This document shows, piece by piece, positions 43,008-56,977 of a stretch of 64,000 nt of DNA. A program made the translations under genes and the position numbers. Below the pieces are notes generated by a model, which saw only the letters and a list, made by a program, of their open reading frames with translations, was not told the origin of the DNA and did not search any database. The stretch comes from Eledone cirrhosa (taxonomy: Eukaryota): the NCBI GenBank assembly GCA_964016885.1, contig OZ024746.1, forward strand, positions 60,264,001 through 60,328,000, in the 5' to 3' direction. Numbering within the stretch: the stretch's first letter is position 1; the number at the start of each line of letters is the position of its first letter.

Positions 43008-44099
43008 CTGAACAGACACATATTAAGGATAAATATATATGCATTAAAATTACATATAAGTACATACTGACATTGTGGATCGGCAGATGGTCTGACGTCA
43101 TGCTTTGCAGCATAGAGTTACGTCCCTTTACGGTTTGAGTTCAAATCCCGCCGAGGCTAACTTTGCCTTTCGTCCTTACGGGGTTGATAAAATAAAGCAC
43201 CGGTAATGCACTGGGATAATTGCTAGCCTTGTGCCAAAGGAAAAAACATATATATATATTTATCATCATCATCGTTTAATGTTTATTTTCCATGCTAGCA
43301 TGGGTTAGACAAATCAGATCAAGTGACTATGTCTTGCTCATACAGAACTATTTTGGGCTTGGTTTCTATGGCTGGATGCCCTTCCTAACACCAACCACAT
43401 TTACAATGTGGACTGGATGCTTTTTATCGTGGCACCAAAACAACCCAACTGACAGTTTAGACTGGGTACTTTTTCATTGTGTCACCAGCACCTAACAGGA
43501 TTGACCGAGTGCTTTTTGTCATGTCACCAGCATAGTCACCTTACAGAATAGACTTTTTGCCGTTGCAGCAGCCTTGTGGTAGAGCAGACCAGCTTTCCAT
43601 GCCTGAAATAAAGAAGATTCACATGGTTGCCTGTAGACGAGTGATAGAAGAAATTCTCTAGACTTGTAATATAACCACTATACAATCCACCAACCTTATA
43701 ATAGTAGTAGTGATGCTAGGGTTTGAGCTAAAAATTAATTCAAATTACATCTTTAGGCTTCCATAAACTTTAACATTTTCCCAACAATATTTGAATGCTA
43801 TTGTATACATTTTTCACTCTTTTCTTTCACAGGAATTCTAGAACATGTAGGCTATTTATATGTATTTGATTGATTCTGAGGAATTATTCTAACAAGAATA
43901 GAAAATATTCTTGTTAGTTTAACAAAACTAGCCATTATGCTAAGGGGTCCATGGGCTCTGAATGCCGTCTTTTCGAAGATTTTAAGCTTGTAGCTAGAAG
44001 TGTGAACATCCAGTTGACTTAAGGAACATTGTGAGATTTTGAAATTTTCATAATATTTCAAGAAGGTGTTATAATTTGCTTAGAGCAAAGTGTAAAGTG

Positions 44100-44375
44100 T
44101 AGAACATAATGTTTTGTTTGAAAGCTACTACAATGTGAACTGGATGGTAATTTTAAAAATATGATAAAGTTGTTAAGATGTTACTTTGCAGTTCTTCATA
44201 GGTCCTTATATTTCAGTATAAACTTCTACTACTCCCAAAATTATATAGCTCTGAACTAGTTTCTTCTATTTATCTTCAAATATAAGGACCTATAAAGAAC
44301 TGCAAAGTAATACCTAAATATCTTTATCATATTTTTAACAATTATTGTTCATTTCACACAAAACACTATTTTCTA
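44100..44375. repeat. Imperfect foldback/MITE
   Basis: aaaaatatgataaag...ttactttgcagttctt.ataggtccttatattt and its reverse complement. Confidence 0.8.
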
Positions 44376-44596
44376 TATCTTAATTCTTAACATCCTGTAA
44401 TGATTTAGCAGAAAATATGTATAAATAGGTTTGTTAATTCAAATGTTTCTAGTTATCTTTACTGCTGGACAGATTGTTGTGAACATTTGTAGTATTAGAA
44501 TAAAGACCATGATATTTAATGAGATGCAATCATTGTGATGTTTTATACTTTTCAAATATGTCTTGCTAATGTAGTTTCATGTGAAAGAAAACACAT

Positions 44597-44637
<41 letters not shown>

Positions 44638-44679
44638 ACAGATAACAAAACTACCATATATATATTCACACATATGTCA

Positions 44680-44916
<237 letters not shown>

Positions 44917-44934
44917 TTAGTTTCAGGTATATAT

Positions 44935-45480
44935 ATCAGATGACACATTATGTAGATATTAGATCATTGCAAAAGTTTGATTTTTATTGTTAATATAAAA
45001 TGATTGCAACTTGACACTGGCATTTGTTTTGGTGCTGATTTCTGGTGTATTCTAAATTGTAACCTTACATCATTTAGTTGTGAATCAGACTTTGTTGAAT
45101 GTTGATGTTTTGTCCACAAATGAATGTCTTATGATGGAAGATGAAAAGTTGCTCTTTTGCCATATTACGTTGTATGAATTTCTGAAAGGAGTAAGCATTA
45201 GAAATGCAACAAAAAATATTCAGAAGGTTTATTTGGGTCGTGCTTCAGCTCTTTGGATGGTCAAAAGGTGGTTTGGCAGATTTCGTAGGGGTGATTTTAG
45301 ATGATCAACCACACTTTGGGCGACCTTCTGATGGCAATGAAGACACTCTGCTTGCCATTGTGGAGAAGAACTGAAGATTTCAATTAAGAGATTGCTAAGA
45401 GATTGAAAATCAATATCTCAACTGCCTTTTGCCATTTGAAGAGACTTGGGTGCCACATTCCCTGATGGAACAGAACAAGC
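44935..45480 (+). mobile_element. Mariner (Mos1-like) N-terminal HTH remnant
   Basis: LYEFLKG...ATKNI.KVY...WFGRFRRGDF...GRP. Confidence 0.8.
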
Positions 45481-45678
45481 TCAATCATATTATTGGTCAC
45501 AAAGGCTACAACATAAAATACAAAACCTTTCAGGTACTCCTGAGGTGGTATCTGAGTCTGGTGATGGTAGCAGGGTAAAGGGGAGCAGAGATGGAGAGAG
45601 CAGGGAAAGGTTGATGAACAGATATATGATATGTTGAGAATTAATATAAATGATTACCAGAACCCAAATAAAGGATAC

Positions 45679-45812
45679 ATATGATTACATGTTAATTTGC
45701 ATGTTTTCTCTATTATGGCATTCTCATTGTTCATGACAAGAATGTCATTACCACACACTGCACACATGTTTTGTTCCAACGTCTTGGTCGGCAAGCCAGT
45801 GGTTGTATAAAA
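45679..45812 (-). CDS. RNF121: RNF121 exon, RING first half (FYTTTGLPTK...CAVCG...LTCNH)
   Basis: cag acceptor, donor GTATCCTTT, frame consistent. Confidence 0.95.
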
Positions 45813-46139
45813 CTGTAATAAAGGGAAACAATCAAACAGTCAGTCAGATGACATTTTGACGAAGTGAAGAATGATGGGAAAGAGACAAGACAATCATGAG
45901 ATCAGATTAAGGAAATTACATTTCCATTGCTGTTACTACCTGCCGGTTGCAATTCCTGGCAGAAGGAAGTAGAATTTAAACTGAGAGCGCAGTGAGCCAC
46001 TTCATATAGCAAAACATTTAATCTAATGACTATGCAGTGAATCTTCATTCAATGAAATTTGACTTGACTTAGATCTATCATTAACAGAAAAATAAAAATT
46101 TTTTTAGATAAATAATAGTGGTATTTGAAGCTGCAAGCA

Positions 46140-46850
46140 AAAAATGCCCCCCAAAATTGACCTTCATTTGGAAGAAAATTTCATAAAGCAGCTACAAAGG
46201 GAAAGTGAAGTGCAGCGACAAGAAAGACTCCAAAAATAAAGAAAACCAACAGTGAAATATAGGCAAAATGAATCAGAAGAACAAAGATCAAAAAGCAACT
46301 TTTTGTCAAGAAGAATTAAATGTACGAAACTACAGCTCAAAACAGACAGGATGAATCAGATACTCAAAGATCATCAAGGCTTCAACAACAAAGAATAAGA
46401 AGTGCACAGAATAGACAGGATGAATCAGAGGAACAAATTTCCTCAATTAACAAAATTTGTCCAAATTGTGGTGATAATAAAATGGAATAATGAGTCAACT
46501 GGATTGTGCTGTTTATACTATTACTTGAACCGCAAGAACCCTTGAGAGAACTGCTGATTAGTACAACTACTGAATCAAGACACTTTCTTTAAAATATCCA
46601 GAAATACAATAATGCATTCCAAATTACATCAATGAAGGTAGCTTTATATCCACTTTCAAGATCCAAGGGCAAATGTACCATAGAATTGGACCATTTCAGA
46701 AGAACCAAAATATTTACAACCATATTTCATCATTGATATGAAAGCCCAAGCACAAACAAGATATGAAAGGAATAAAGAAACTAAGTATGAAATCATATTG
46801 TAACTAAAAGAAACAGCTATATTAGAAGTTTTGAATATACCCCAGAAAAA
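46140..46850 (+). mobile_element. Helitron Rep N-terminal remnant
   Basis: ESEEQR repeats, CPNCG..KW.NE..GLCC, NIQKYNNAFQITS, TFKIQGQMYHRIG. Confidence 0.85.
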
Positions 46851-46869
46851 ATTTTGAATGAAATTTCAT

Positions 46870-47110
46870 TACATCCATTTTTCTATGCTTGCATAGATTG
46901 GACAGGTCCTTTTCAGCACAGCATCTCTCCATTCGTTACGATCCTTTGTCATCTCTTTTGTGAGTCATACAGATTTGAGGTCAGCTCTCACAACCTCTGC
47001 CCAGGTCTTTCTTGGTCTACCTCTACAGCGTTTTCCTTCCACTGGCACTTCTTCACCCAATCATCATTGTCCATGTGCATCACAAGTCCATACCAATGCA
47101 GTCTTCTCAT
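46870..47110 (-). mobile_element. RTE 3' fragment
   Basis: Similar to 4803-5070 ([12 protein letters not shown]). Confidence 0.75.
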
Positions 47111-47333
47111 ATATTTATATTTAAAAAATATATTTTTATCTAAAATTTTTCCATCACAAATTTACGTAAGAACCTTTGTTAAGTTATATTGCAAACACCA
47201 GCTTGATAATCAGAAAGTTAGTTATTTTACTGAATCCCTTCAAATCCTTGATTATTTTGAAAATCATTTGAACATCATAGGCAATGTCTTTTATTAGAAA
47301 TATGGTAATGAAAGGGTTAACCAAAAAAAATCA

Positions 47334-47657
<324 letters not shown>

Positions 47658-48531
47658 TCATACCAGCATGGAAAATTTAGTATGCCTCACAATATACCAC
47701 CAGATGCAAATCATTCTCTTCGAGGCCTTCTCTCTGACCCAAAGGTTCCACTTCCTCAGCAATAGAACTGATGCTATGACAAAAGGCAACTCTGTCCACC
47801 CTGTAAGGCGGTAGTGCTGGGATCACAATAAAATGCTCCCAGTACACTCTGTAATGAGGTTGGCCTTAGTAAGGGTATCCAGCCATAGAAACCAAGCCAT
47901 AAATGGAATCATCATCATCATTTCATTTTACGTCCACTTTTCCCTGCTTGCAAGGGTGGGACGGGAACTGATTCTGGCTTGATTTCTACAGCTGGATGCC
48001 CTTCCTAACACCAACCTCATTTACAGTGAGTGCTGGGTGCTTTTTTGCCGTGGCACCTCCACGACCACTTTGCAGTGGAATGATAGGGACCCCAGTCCCT
48101 ATCATCTCATTTCTACAGCTGAGTAAACTGGAGCAATGTGAAATAAAGTGTCTTGCTCAAGGAAACAACACATCACCCGGTCTGAGAATTGTACAAGCAA
48201 AATGTCTAACCCATACAAGCCTGGAAAATAGATGTTAAATGATTATGATGATGTTGGTGATGATTGTGTGTGTATGCATCCATGTTTACATTTGTGCCTG
48301 TGTCAATCCTTTTTTGTTGTATTGAGGTCCATATGATTGACAAAATCCCTTTAAAGTAGTGCTCCAGCATGACTGAAATCAGTAAAAACTAGTATATACT
48401 ATATCTAAAAATGTGTGTGTGTATGTGAGAGTGAATATATGAGTGTGTGAGTGAAAATATGTGAGTGTGAGGAAATAAAAAACGAAGAGAGGAGTTCTCT
48501 ATTTGTATAAGAAAGAATATTTGGTGCATAC

Positions 48532-48686
48532 CTCGGTGTTGTACCTGTGAGGGGTTTCCGTGTAGCTCTGTAGGTGACATAGGCTGTGATGATGGAGAAC
48601 ACCAACCAGATGATGATGAAACGTACCCAATGGTATTTGATAGAGAATAGTACTGGTATCAACCACATTCCTATCAGGGTGGCTCT
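48532..48686 (-). CDS. RNF121: RNF121 exon (RATLIGMWLIP...ATRKPLTGTTPR)
   Basis: Family motif, AG/GT boundaries. Confidence 0.95.
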
Positions 48687-48888
48687 CTATAGGGGTAGAA
48701 AACATACAATATACATTGATGACCGCTTAGTGTGGGAAGGCACTGATATGAACCATAATTACAATCCAGCACTGCTATTCAACAACAGACAATAGCAATA
48801 CATTCATAACATTAACCCTTTCGTTACCATAATTCTAATGAAAGACATTGAATATAATCAAGAATTTAGAGGGATTTAGTAATATAAC

Positions 48889-49099
48889 TACCATATATAC
48901 TCAAATATATGCTGATCCAAATATAAGCTCCCGCCTTCCATTTTATGTCTGAGAAATGGGCAAAAATCCAATCCCCATTTATAAGTCAAGGCAGCTAATC
49001 AACACACTGTTTAAATGGCATATGTAAGCCGATCCCCCTATTTTACCATTGATTTTTTTGGTCACATGATCCTCAACTTATATTTGAGTATATATGGTA
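48889..49099. mobile_element. pogo/Tigger-like MITE
   Basis: TA-CCATATATACTCAAATATA...TATATTTGAGTATATATGG-TA. Confidence 0.75.
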
Positions 49100-49511
49100 A
49101 TTTTCTTATTATTAAATTTAGAACTTAATAAAGGTTCTTACATAAAATTATGCTGGAATGTTTTTAGATAAATATAAACCCTTTAGCATTTAAACCAGCT
49201 GTATCTGGCCAAAATTTTTTCACCTCTTTCTGTTCAAACCAGCTGTAACTGACCACTCATACTTATGTTAAGGTATTGTTCTCAAAATAAATAATATCAA
49301 AATTTCATAGATTCAATATTATGTGAGGTAATGCCTTTACCACGAAAATATAATTGTAAATAATGAGTAATATAAATGCTAAAGGGTTAAAACAAACAGT
49401 TTTGTATCATAGAACCAAGGGCGATTTCAGATGGTTTAGTATCAAAAGGGTTAATTAGAAATATAACAAGGAATGGGTTAGTAGAGAAGAGTAAGATAGT
49501 GAAATATAAAC

Positions 49512-49653
49512 CTGATATGATTTGAAGTGTCGTTTTTTCCACTGCATGAGGATAATCTGTGCAATACCGAGGGTAACCAACAGTATAAGCACCATCTCTG
49601 CATGCATTGCTTCATGGCCGCGGTGCTTTTCATGTAATCTCTGGTGCTCAATT
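49512..49653 (-). CDS. RNF121: RNF121 exon (IEHQRLHEKHRGHEAMHAEMVLIL...QWKKRHFKSYQ)
   Basis: HRGHEAMHAEM signature. Confidence 0.95.
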
Positions 49654-50656
49654 CTTCAACAGAACAAACAAAATGCCTGACATTAATCTAGGGCAGAATT
49701 TCCTAAACAGGGCTCTTAGGGACCCCACAATTCCATGAGATAAGGTGTCTTTTAACTCTTAATATCATATAATGCATGAAACCATATTAGCAAGATATTC
49801 TTGAAAAGTATAAAATAATATTCTGATTGCATCACATTAAGGTTTTTTACTTTAAAGTTTTACAACAATCTTTCCACTAGACAAGATACAAGAGACATGT
49901 GAATTAACAAACCCATTTTTAGATATTTTCTGTTTATTCATTACAGGATGTTAAGAGGAAATTTAGGGTAGTGTTTCCCAAAGTGGGATTCCAAGGGACT
50001 CTAATGTTTCATGAGATAAAATGTCTTTTAATAGAATTATTTAAAAAATATTTTTTCATGAATAAACTCCCTCTAAAACAATTTTTGTTTCATTTAAAGT
50101 TTTATTAAAATTAAGGCTGTGACTAGGTAGAGTCAGAGCATTGGATTAAATGTTAGGTTCAAATCTTGCAGAAGTCATTTTGCTTTTTTAAACCAAATCC
50201 CATAAGAGGCCAGCTGCATGGAAAGGGGTATACTATCTGCTGGTCACTACTCACCATAAAGAGGCAGAATTTGATCTGAGAAAGCACAAAGCTAAATCAG
50301 ACATCACAAAGCATCTTGCTGAACTCTGTAATAATTCTGCTAATCCACCACCTTGAGACAGGGACTTTATTTTATAAACTTCAGAGATGATCATTGTAGG
50401 ATTTAAACACAAAGCGCATTGAGTTAAAATAGATATTGAGGCATTGGATCAAATGACCCAACAACTATGCCTACAAAAAGGAGGTTGATATAATCAACAA
50501 AACGCATTAATGCAGTTCTTCAACAGTCAAATTAATAAAATCAGTAAAATATGTATATATATATTCTAACCCATGCTAGCGTGGAAAATGGACGTTAAAC
50601 GATGATGATGATGATATATAAGAATTGCAAAAACAAAAGAAGAAAATATTTGTTAC

Positions 50657-50697
50657 CTCCATCGTTCTTCCTCTGATAATTTGGACAGATCTATTGT
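50657..50697 (-). CDS. RNF121: RNF121 exon (TIDLSKLSEEERWR)
   Basis: Resembles DLS.LSPEE.WR. AG/GT boundaries, phases fit. Confidence 0.88.
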
Positions 50698-50719
50698 CTA
50701 TAAAGATAAATAAACATAA

Positions 50720-51072
50720 GTATAGACTGTCATTTATAAACAACATAGATTGACATTTAATAAACAATACAGACTCATTTAATAAACAATATAGACTGTG
50801 TCATTTAATAAACAATATAGACTGTCATTTAATAAACAATATAGACTGTGTCATTTAATAAACAATACAGACTGTCATTTAATAAACAATATAGACTGTG
50901 TCATTTAATAAACAATACAGACTGTCGTAATAAACAATATAGACTGTCATTTAATAAACAATATAGACTGTGTCATTTAATAAACAATACAGGCTGTGTC
51001 ATTTAATAAACAATACAGACTGTCATTTAATAAACAATACAGGCTCTGTCATTTAATAAATAATATAGACTG
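50720..51072. repeat. 26/28-bp minisatellite, ~13 copies
   Basis: tcatttaataaacaatatagactg(tg) units. Confidence 0.95.
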
Positions 51073-52311
51073 GTTAAAAAATTAATTTCTGTTTAATCAG
51101 GATTCAAAAAGCCTGGACCAAGGAAACAATGTTTTTATTTGTAATTTAATTATTTTCTATTGTGTATTTTCTCCACTCCCATTAGTTGTTAAATTCACAG
51201 AGGGCAGAATCTGTCAGTCACAACCCCTAGCAGAAAGTGGGATTTGAACAAAGGTTGTAAAACATCCTTTCCAACTCTTTAACAATTCTGATAATCCACT
51301 TCCCTCTGTACTGGTACTTTATTTAGCCATCTTATGGTAAAAGGCAAAGTTCATCTCAATGGAATTTGAACTCAGAGCACAAGGACCTGTAACAAATACT
51401 AAGGCATTTAAACCAACATCCTAACTAAACTATATGAGAAAAGAATGATATTCATCAATAACATCTGAGAAAAAGAATAGATAATAAACTTGACAAAAAT
51501 CATAGCAATGCCTTCCTGACGAACTCAAGCTAAAGCATGATGTAAAACTATTGCTAATTTGTGCAGAAAGCAGTGTAAATGACAACAGTAAACAAATATT
51601 GGTGTAGTAGAATAGAATATCAAGATATTGTGACAGGAGGTTCAACATGCTAAAAATTAATCTGTTTGATACCAAACTGCTTGAAATAATTAGTGGTTCT
51701 GATACAGAGATACTTATTTTAAAATATTAAAATATTTGTATATAAAAAACATTGCATCATGTTTTTATGTAAGAGCCTTTTTGTTCCAAACACCAGCTTA
51801 ATAATGAGAAAATTAGTTATATTACTAAATATTTTTAATTATTTGAAAATTACAGGCAATGCCTGTCATTAGATATATGGAAATAAAAGGGTTAAGATAT
51901 TTATATAAAACCCTTCCTTCATAGCTTTATGTAAGAACTTTTGTTGTGTTATGTTTTAAATACCAAATTCTTGATTACTTTCAAAACTATTTGAAAATTA
52001 TAGGCAGCCTCATTAGACATATGGTACTGATGAAAGGTTTTCAGATAAATCTAAACAGTTTTGTATTGTAGAACTAGCAGTAGTTTCAGGCAATTTGTAT
52101 CAAAAAGATTAAATAAAATGAGTGAAAAGGTTGGCAACCACTGTCCTAGAACTAGAGCTTAAAAACAAGTGCCCACCACCACCACAACCAACAACAAAAC
52201 AAGTGCCCACTACCAGCTCACAGCAATGGGAATCAATTCTGAGTTTAAAGCAGAAGCCCTTTATTAAAGCATCTTGAATCCTTGTTTGTGAAGCTAAACA
52301 AGATTACATAC

Positions 52312-52359
52312 CTTATTTAATTTATAGTGACTCTCTGGATAATGATGGGCCTGAGGCAT
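52312..52359 (-). CDS. RNF121: Probable RNF121 start exon (MPQAHHYPESHYKLNK)
   Basis: ATG in frame, phase-0 donor AAG|GTATGT. Confidence 0.55.
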
Positions 52360-54199
52360 TCTGTACGGTTCTTTACTGTATCGGGAAAATATATCTCCTT
52401 AGGACTTTGTTCAGTTCCAAATGCTAACTAAAACCCTCTATTGTGTGTGTTTATGTGAATGGGAAATCTAAAGTCTACCTAAATGGCAAACAATAACATC
52501 AAAAAACAAAACTGTTATTTTATTAACTCTTAATATCTTGTAAAGATTTTGGAAAAAATATCCAATAAAAGGGTTTTGTTAACTCTTAACAGCATGCACC
52601 ACATGCAACTGCATAAGCAAGACATCCTTGAAAAGTACAAAACAATATTATGACTGAATCATATTAAAAATTAAAGTATTTTGTTTACTGCAAATTTTCA
52701 CATCAATTTCTCTGCTAGTAAAGATGTTTTAAACAAACAAGTTCTTAGATATTTTCTGCTAAATCATTAAAGGGTGTTAAAAATTAATTGAAATGTTTAT
52801 AGCATCTTTACTGAACAGATCATTGTGGACATTTGCAGTATTAAATTAGAGTCTTCAATTTTTAATGCGATCCAGCCAAACTGATGTTTTGTATTTTTCA
52901 AGAATGTCTTGCTAATGTGGTTTCATGTGGAACAGGACATTAAGAGTTAAATAGTATCTAAGAATTGTTAAAACTAGACAAGAGAACTTGACATTTCAAA
53001 GTCAAGCTCTACTAAGTAAATTTAGCCAACCTAAAATTGAAGAAAATAATCATATTCAATATTCAGTGATCTCTCTTTTAGTGAAAGCATGGCCCAGTGG
53101 TGAGGGTTATAGACTCATGATCATATGGTTATAAGTTCAATTCCTGGACTGGGTAACATGCTGTGTTCTGGAGTAAGACACTTTATTTCATGTTACTTAT
53201 CATTAAAACACCCAAGATATCTCCTATGAGATGTAAATGGCTAAACCTACATATTTGTGAACTGTAAATTTCATTTTGTACTTTTAAAACATAATGCTCA
53301 AACCATATCAACATGACACAATGTGTGACAAGACTGAACCTTGGAATTACATATACAATCTCTCCAACAGGCTTCCACAAGTTTCCGTCTACACAGTTTC
53401 ACTTACAAGGCTTGGGTTGACCTAAGATTATGTTAAAGCCACTTGTCCAAGATACCACAGAGAGAGATCAAACCTAAGACCTCCTAATTGCATATTAGTT
53501 CTTGTATAACAATTACTGAATATAACGTTTCTATTCTGCAGGATTGCTACCTTTTCTAGTGTGTTAAAAGAGGTTAACTTGTTGATATCAGAATTTACAA
53601 TAACAACAGTTATATGTAGTGATATCTATTACAGGATGGCTGTGCATGTGTGTGTATATGTGTGTACATGCATATATGTGTGCATATGTATGTATACATG
53701 CATATATGTGTGTATGTGCATACACTTGAATGTGTTTGAAAGAGAGGGAAGAAAGAGAAAGATGGAGTGAGAGACAAACAGAAACGGAGAGAGAAGAAAG
53801 ACAGAAAGATGGAGAGAGAGAGAGAGAGGTGACTGAAATACACTGACAATACTAGTAAAGGTAGCAATCAGTGACACAATATGAAACAAACAAACGGAAC
53901 AACAGCTGTGATTTGTGTGAATGTTAACCCAGCAACAATAAAATATACAGTGAAACTACAATAAACATTTGTAGCTATTCAGGTTTATGTGAAACAGTTT
54001 TAGACTTTAAAGATTTTCACTTCAAACACAGATATGTCTGAAATGAAACATGTGGTGAGATGAATAAATGTTTAATGTTGGTTCACAAACTCACAGTATT
54101 TTGTTCCCAATGAATGTAATGAGTTGTTGGGGTTGAATAAATTAATAATTTCACACAAGATTTTCTCATCAAATTCTCATGACCATGATGATGCACCCA

Positions 54200-54670
54200 G
54201 CCCACTCTGTAAAATGTTAATGGTAGTATCATCCAAGCCACTCAGCAAGTTTGTAGTGCTGGTGCCATAATAAAATGTATTCAATTCACTATGTAAGGTG
54301 GTATTGTTGGTGCCACAATAAAATGCAGCCAGTTAATGCTGTGAGGTGGAAGTGTTGATGCCATGATAAAATGGACCCCATAGACTCATTAACATGGTAA
54401 CACTACTGCCATATATATTGCACCCAATACACTCTATAGAGTGTTAGTGCTGGTGCCACGATAAAATGCAGCCAGTTCACACTATAAGGTGGTAGTGCTG
54501 GTGCTATGATAAAATGCACCTAGTCTAATGTGGTAGTACAGATAAAATTCACCCAGTCCACTTTGTAAAGTGGTCGTGCTGGGGCTATGTTAAAATTCAC
54601 CCAGTACATTTTGTAAAGAGGTAGTGATGGTGGTGTGATAAAATGCACTCAGTACATGCTATAAAGTGGT
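54200..54670. repeat. Degenerate ~45-bp tandem array; same unit at 39850-40050
   Basis: ggtagtgctggtgccatgataaaatgcacccagtacactctgtaaa-like units. Confidence 0.8.
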
Positions 54671-56678
54671 TAGCAATAGGGTGTTAAACTGTAGAAAACC
54701 ATGCTAAAACGAAACATATAAACCAGACTGTTATCTGACCTGTCTAATATCACAATGTGACAACCCGTCCAACCCATGCCAGCGTGGAAAACGTGTGTAA
54801 AATGGTGATGATGATGAACACATAATGTAGGGTTCCAACCCCAAATCTTGCAATCACCACTATCCCCCCACACTGCTGGATATCTGTCCCCCTTTACTAC
54901 TCCTCAGACAATCAAATTCCTCCACACCTACCCATGACATACAACATATTCCTGTCCCAAAGGGTAGAGTGCGTTCTTCAGTTGAGTCAACGAACAACAA
55001 CCTCTGTAGTGTTGGTGCCATGATAAATACACTCAGTACACCTTGCAAAGTGGTTGGCGATAAGAAAGGCACCCCACTGTAGAAACCATGCCTAAAAAAA
55101 AAGGTCGAGAGGCCCTTTTAGATGTACCAGGAACACAATTTCTCTAGTGTTGGCGATTTATATGATAAATGCATCCAGTCAGCATCATCATCGCCGTTTA
55201 ATGTATGTTTTCCATGCTTGCATGGATTAAACAGCTGTCACATGCTGAGGCCAGCCCAATCAGGTGACTAAGTCCTGCCAACTCCTTTCAGCGTGTACTG
55301 GGAGCATTTTATTGTGACTGGTACAGGATGAACTGGGTGCATTTGTCATGTCACCAGCACTACCTCAGTACAGTACTAAGGTGTTTAGAGTCTTTGGTCT
55401 TACTGGGGGTCGAGCTGAGGTACAGACATTGCACTGTTGTTGGGGGTCAGGACATGGAGGCAGCCTTGAAGAAAGTGAATGTTGTCTGACATATTGTTGG
55501 GTGTGCTTGGCTTCCCTTAATGGCCTAAAAGAGGCAATTATGTGCTGCTTGTTGAGGTAGAGGGGGGTCTGGCTTTCCTGGATTGGGAAACTGTCGAGAG
55601 CACAAGGATTCAGTAAGAAAGGTGAATCAGTCAAGGTTCATCCTAGCTTCCCATGCTAGCATGAGTTTAGTAAAGGAGTCTAGAGAATATTAGCAAGTGA
55701 AGACCTGAGAGAGTTTTCTCATCTCACTGCTTCATCAGGTTTATGGTGGGGAATGGTGGGGAAAAGGAATCCCGAGTTTGCTGGCAGGAAATTCAGAAGT
55801 ATGCTTGTAGGTGAGAGATGGGACCTGAGTGTTGTACTACCTGCTTGTTTTTTCAGGTTTGGAGAAGAGAGAGTGATTGGTGATAGGAAGGGCATCCAGC
55901 TGTAGAAAACTTGCTAAACATAGTGTTAGGAGGATTCTTCAGTTGTGTCATAGGCATGTCACATGGATGTTAGAACCTCTGCTTCAGTACTTGTCTGTGA
56001 CAACATGTCCAAATCTTGCTAGCAGGGAAAATGAACGTATGGTGATGATGATGATACATCATCATCATTTCATGTACATGTGTGCAGAGTGGACTGTGTG
56101 AATTTTATCACAGCACCAGCACTAGATACAGATAACATATTTAGTAACAACTGACGTAGTTTTTCAACTTTTACTAATAAAGAAATAAGCAAAATAGTGA
56201 GTGGGGTGGGCTGTGGTATGTATTTGCAAGGTGTGTATGTATGTGTGTACAGGATGTGTATGTGTATGCCAGGTGTTTAATAAAGCAACATTTAAACCTG
56301 TGTTATTTTAAAACCTAATAGAGTAGACTTATGTGACACATTATGTGTGAGAAAAGAAAGAGGGAGATTTGCAACACTGACTTTTCCAAAATACAATATA
56401 TATATATATATATATAAATAAATATATATTCTGTTTATGTTGGATGGTTTAACTAATGGGTAGATCTAATCATTCTGATTAGCAGACCATGATGCAATAA
56501 GCAAAAGTACTCGTCATTATGCGTATTATTCATCACAGATGTGGTATCTCGTGGTTGGTACAGAAGAAGGCTGGATTTCAATATCTTCCTTTAATGTTGC
56601 GCATTTACATAGTATGTATTTCTATGGCCAGCTTATGTCATCAGACCATGACACAAGACAATCAGTGACGTCATCAGA

Positions 56679-56892
56679 TGTAATGAACATAAAAGATTTA
56701 GTTCAGTAATCCCTACTGGATTACAGTAAAATATAAACAAAAAATTGATATGCAGGTTGCTAGACATAATGCTCACATTACATTACTAGCTGGATCACCT
56801 CCTATCAATTCATTGTTTATCCCTCCTGGGTTACAGCAAAATTGCTGTAACCTAGGAGGGATTACTGAACTAAATCTTTTATGTTCATTACA
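56679..56892. repeat. Inverted repeat/MITE with ~55-bp arms
   Basis: tgtaatgaacataaaagatttagttcagtaatccc and gggattactgaactaaatcttttatgttcattaca. Confidence 0.85.
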
Positions 56893-56977
56893 CATATTTT
56901 TACATATAAATATATAAATATATATATATATATTTATATTTACGTATACATATATATTCATATTTACATATATTCCG

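Noticed and set aside
50720-51072. CRISPR-like 26-28 bp repeats
   Set aside because: No unique spacers, eukaryotic intron, no cas genes.
55690-55745. CTGATGA...GAAA...GTC on the - strand (hammerhead?)
   Set aside because: Stems I and III cannot form.
55330-55870. Possible LINE C-terminal relic on -
   Set aside because: Too degenerate to assign motifs with confidence.
56600-56650. CTGATGA...GAAA on the - strand (hammerhead?)
   Set aside because: No stem II, no NUH triplet in register, no stem I.
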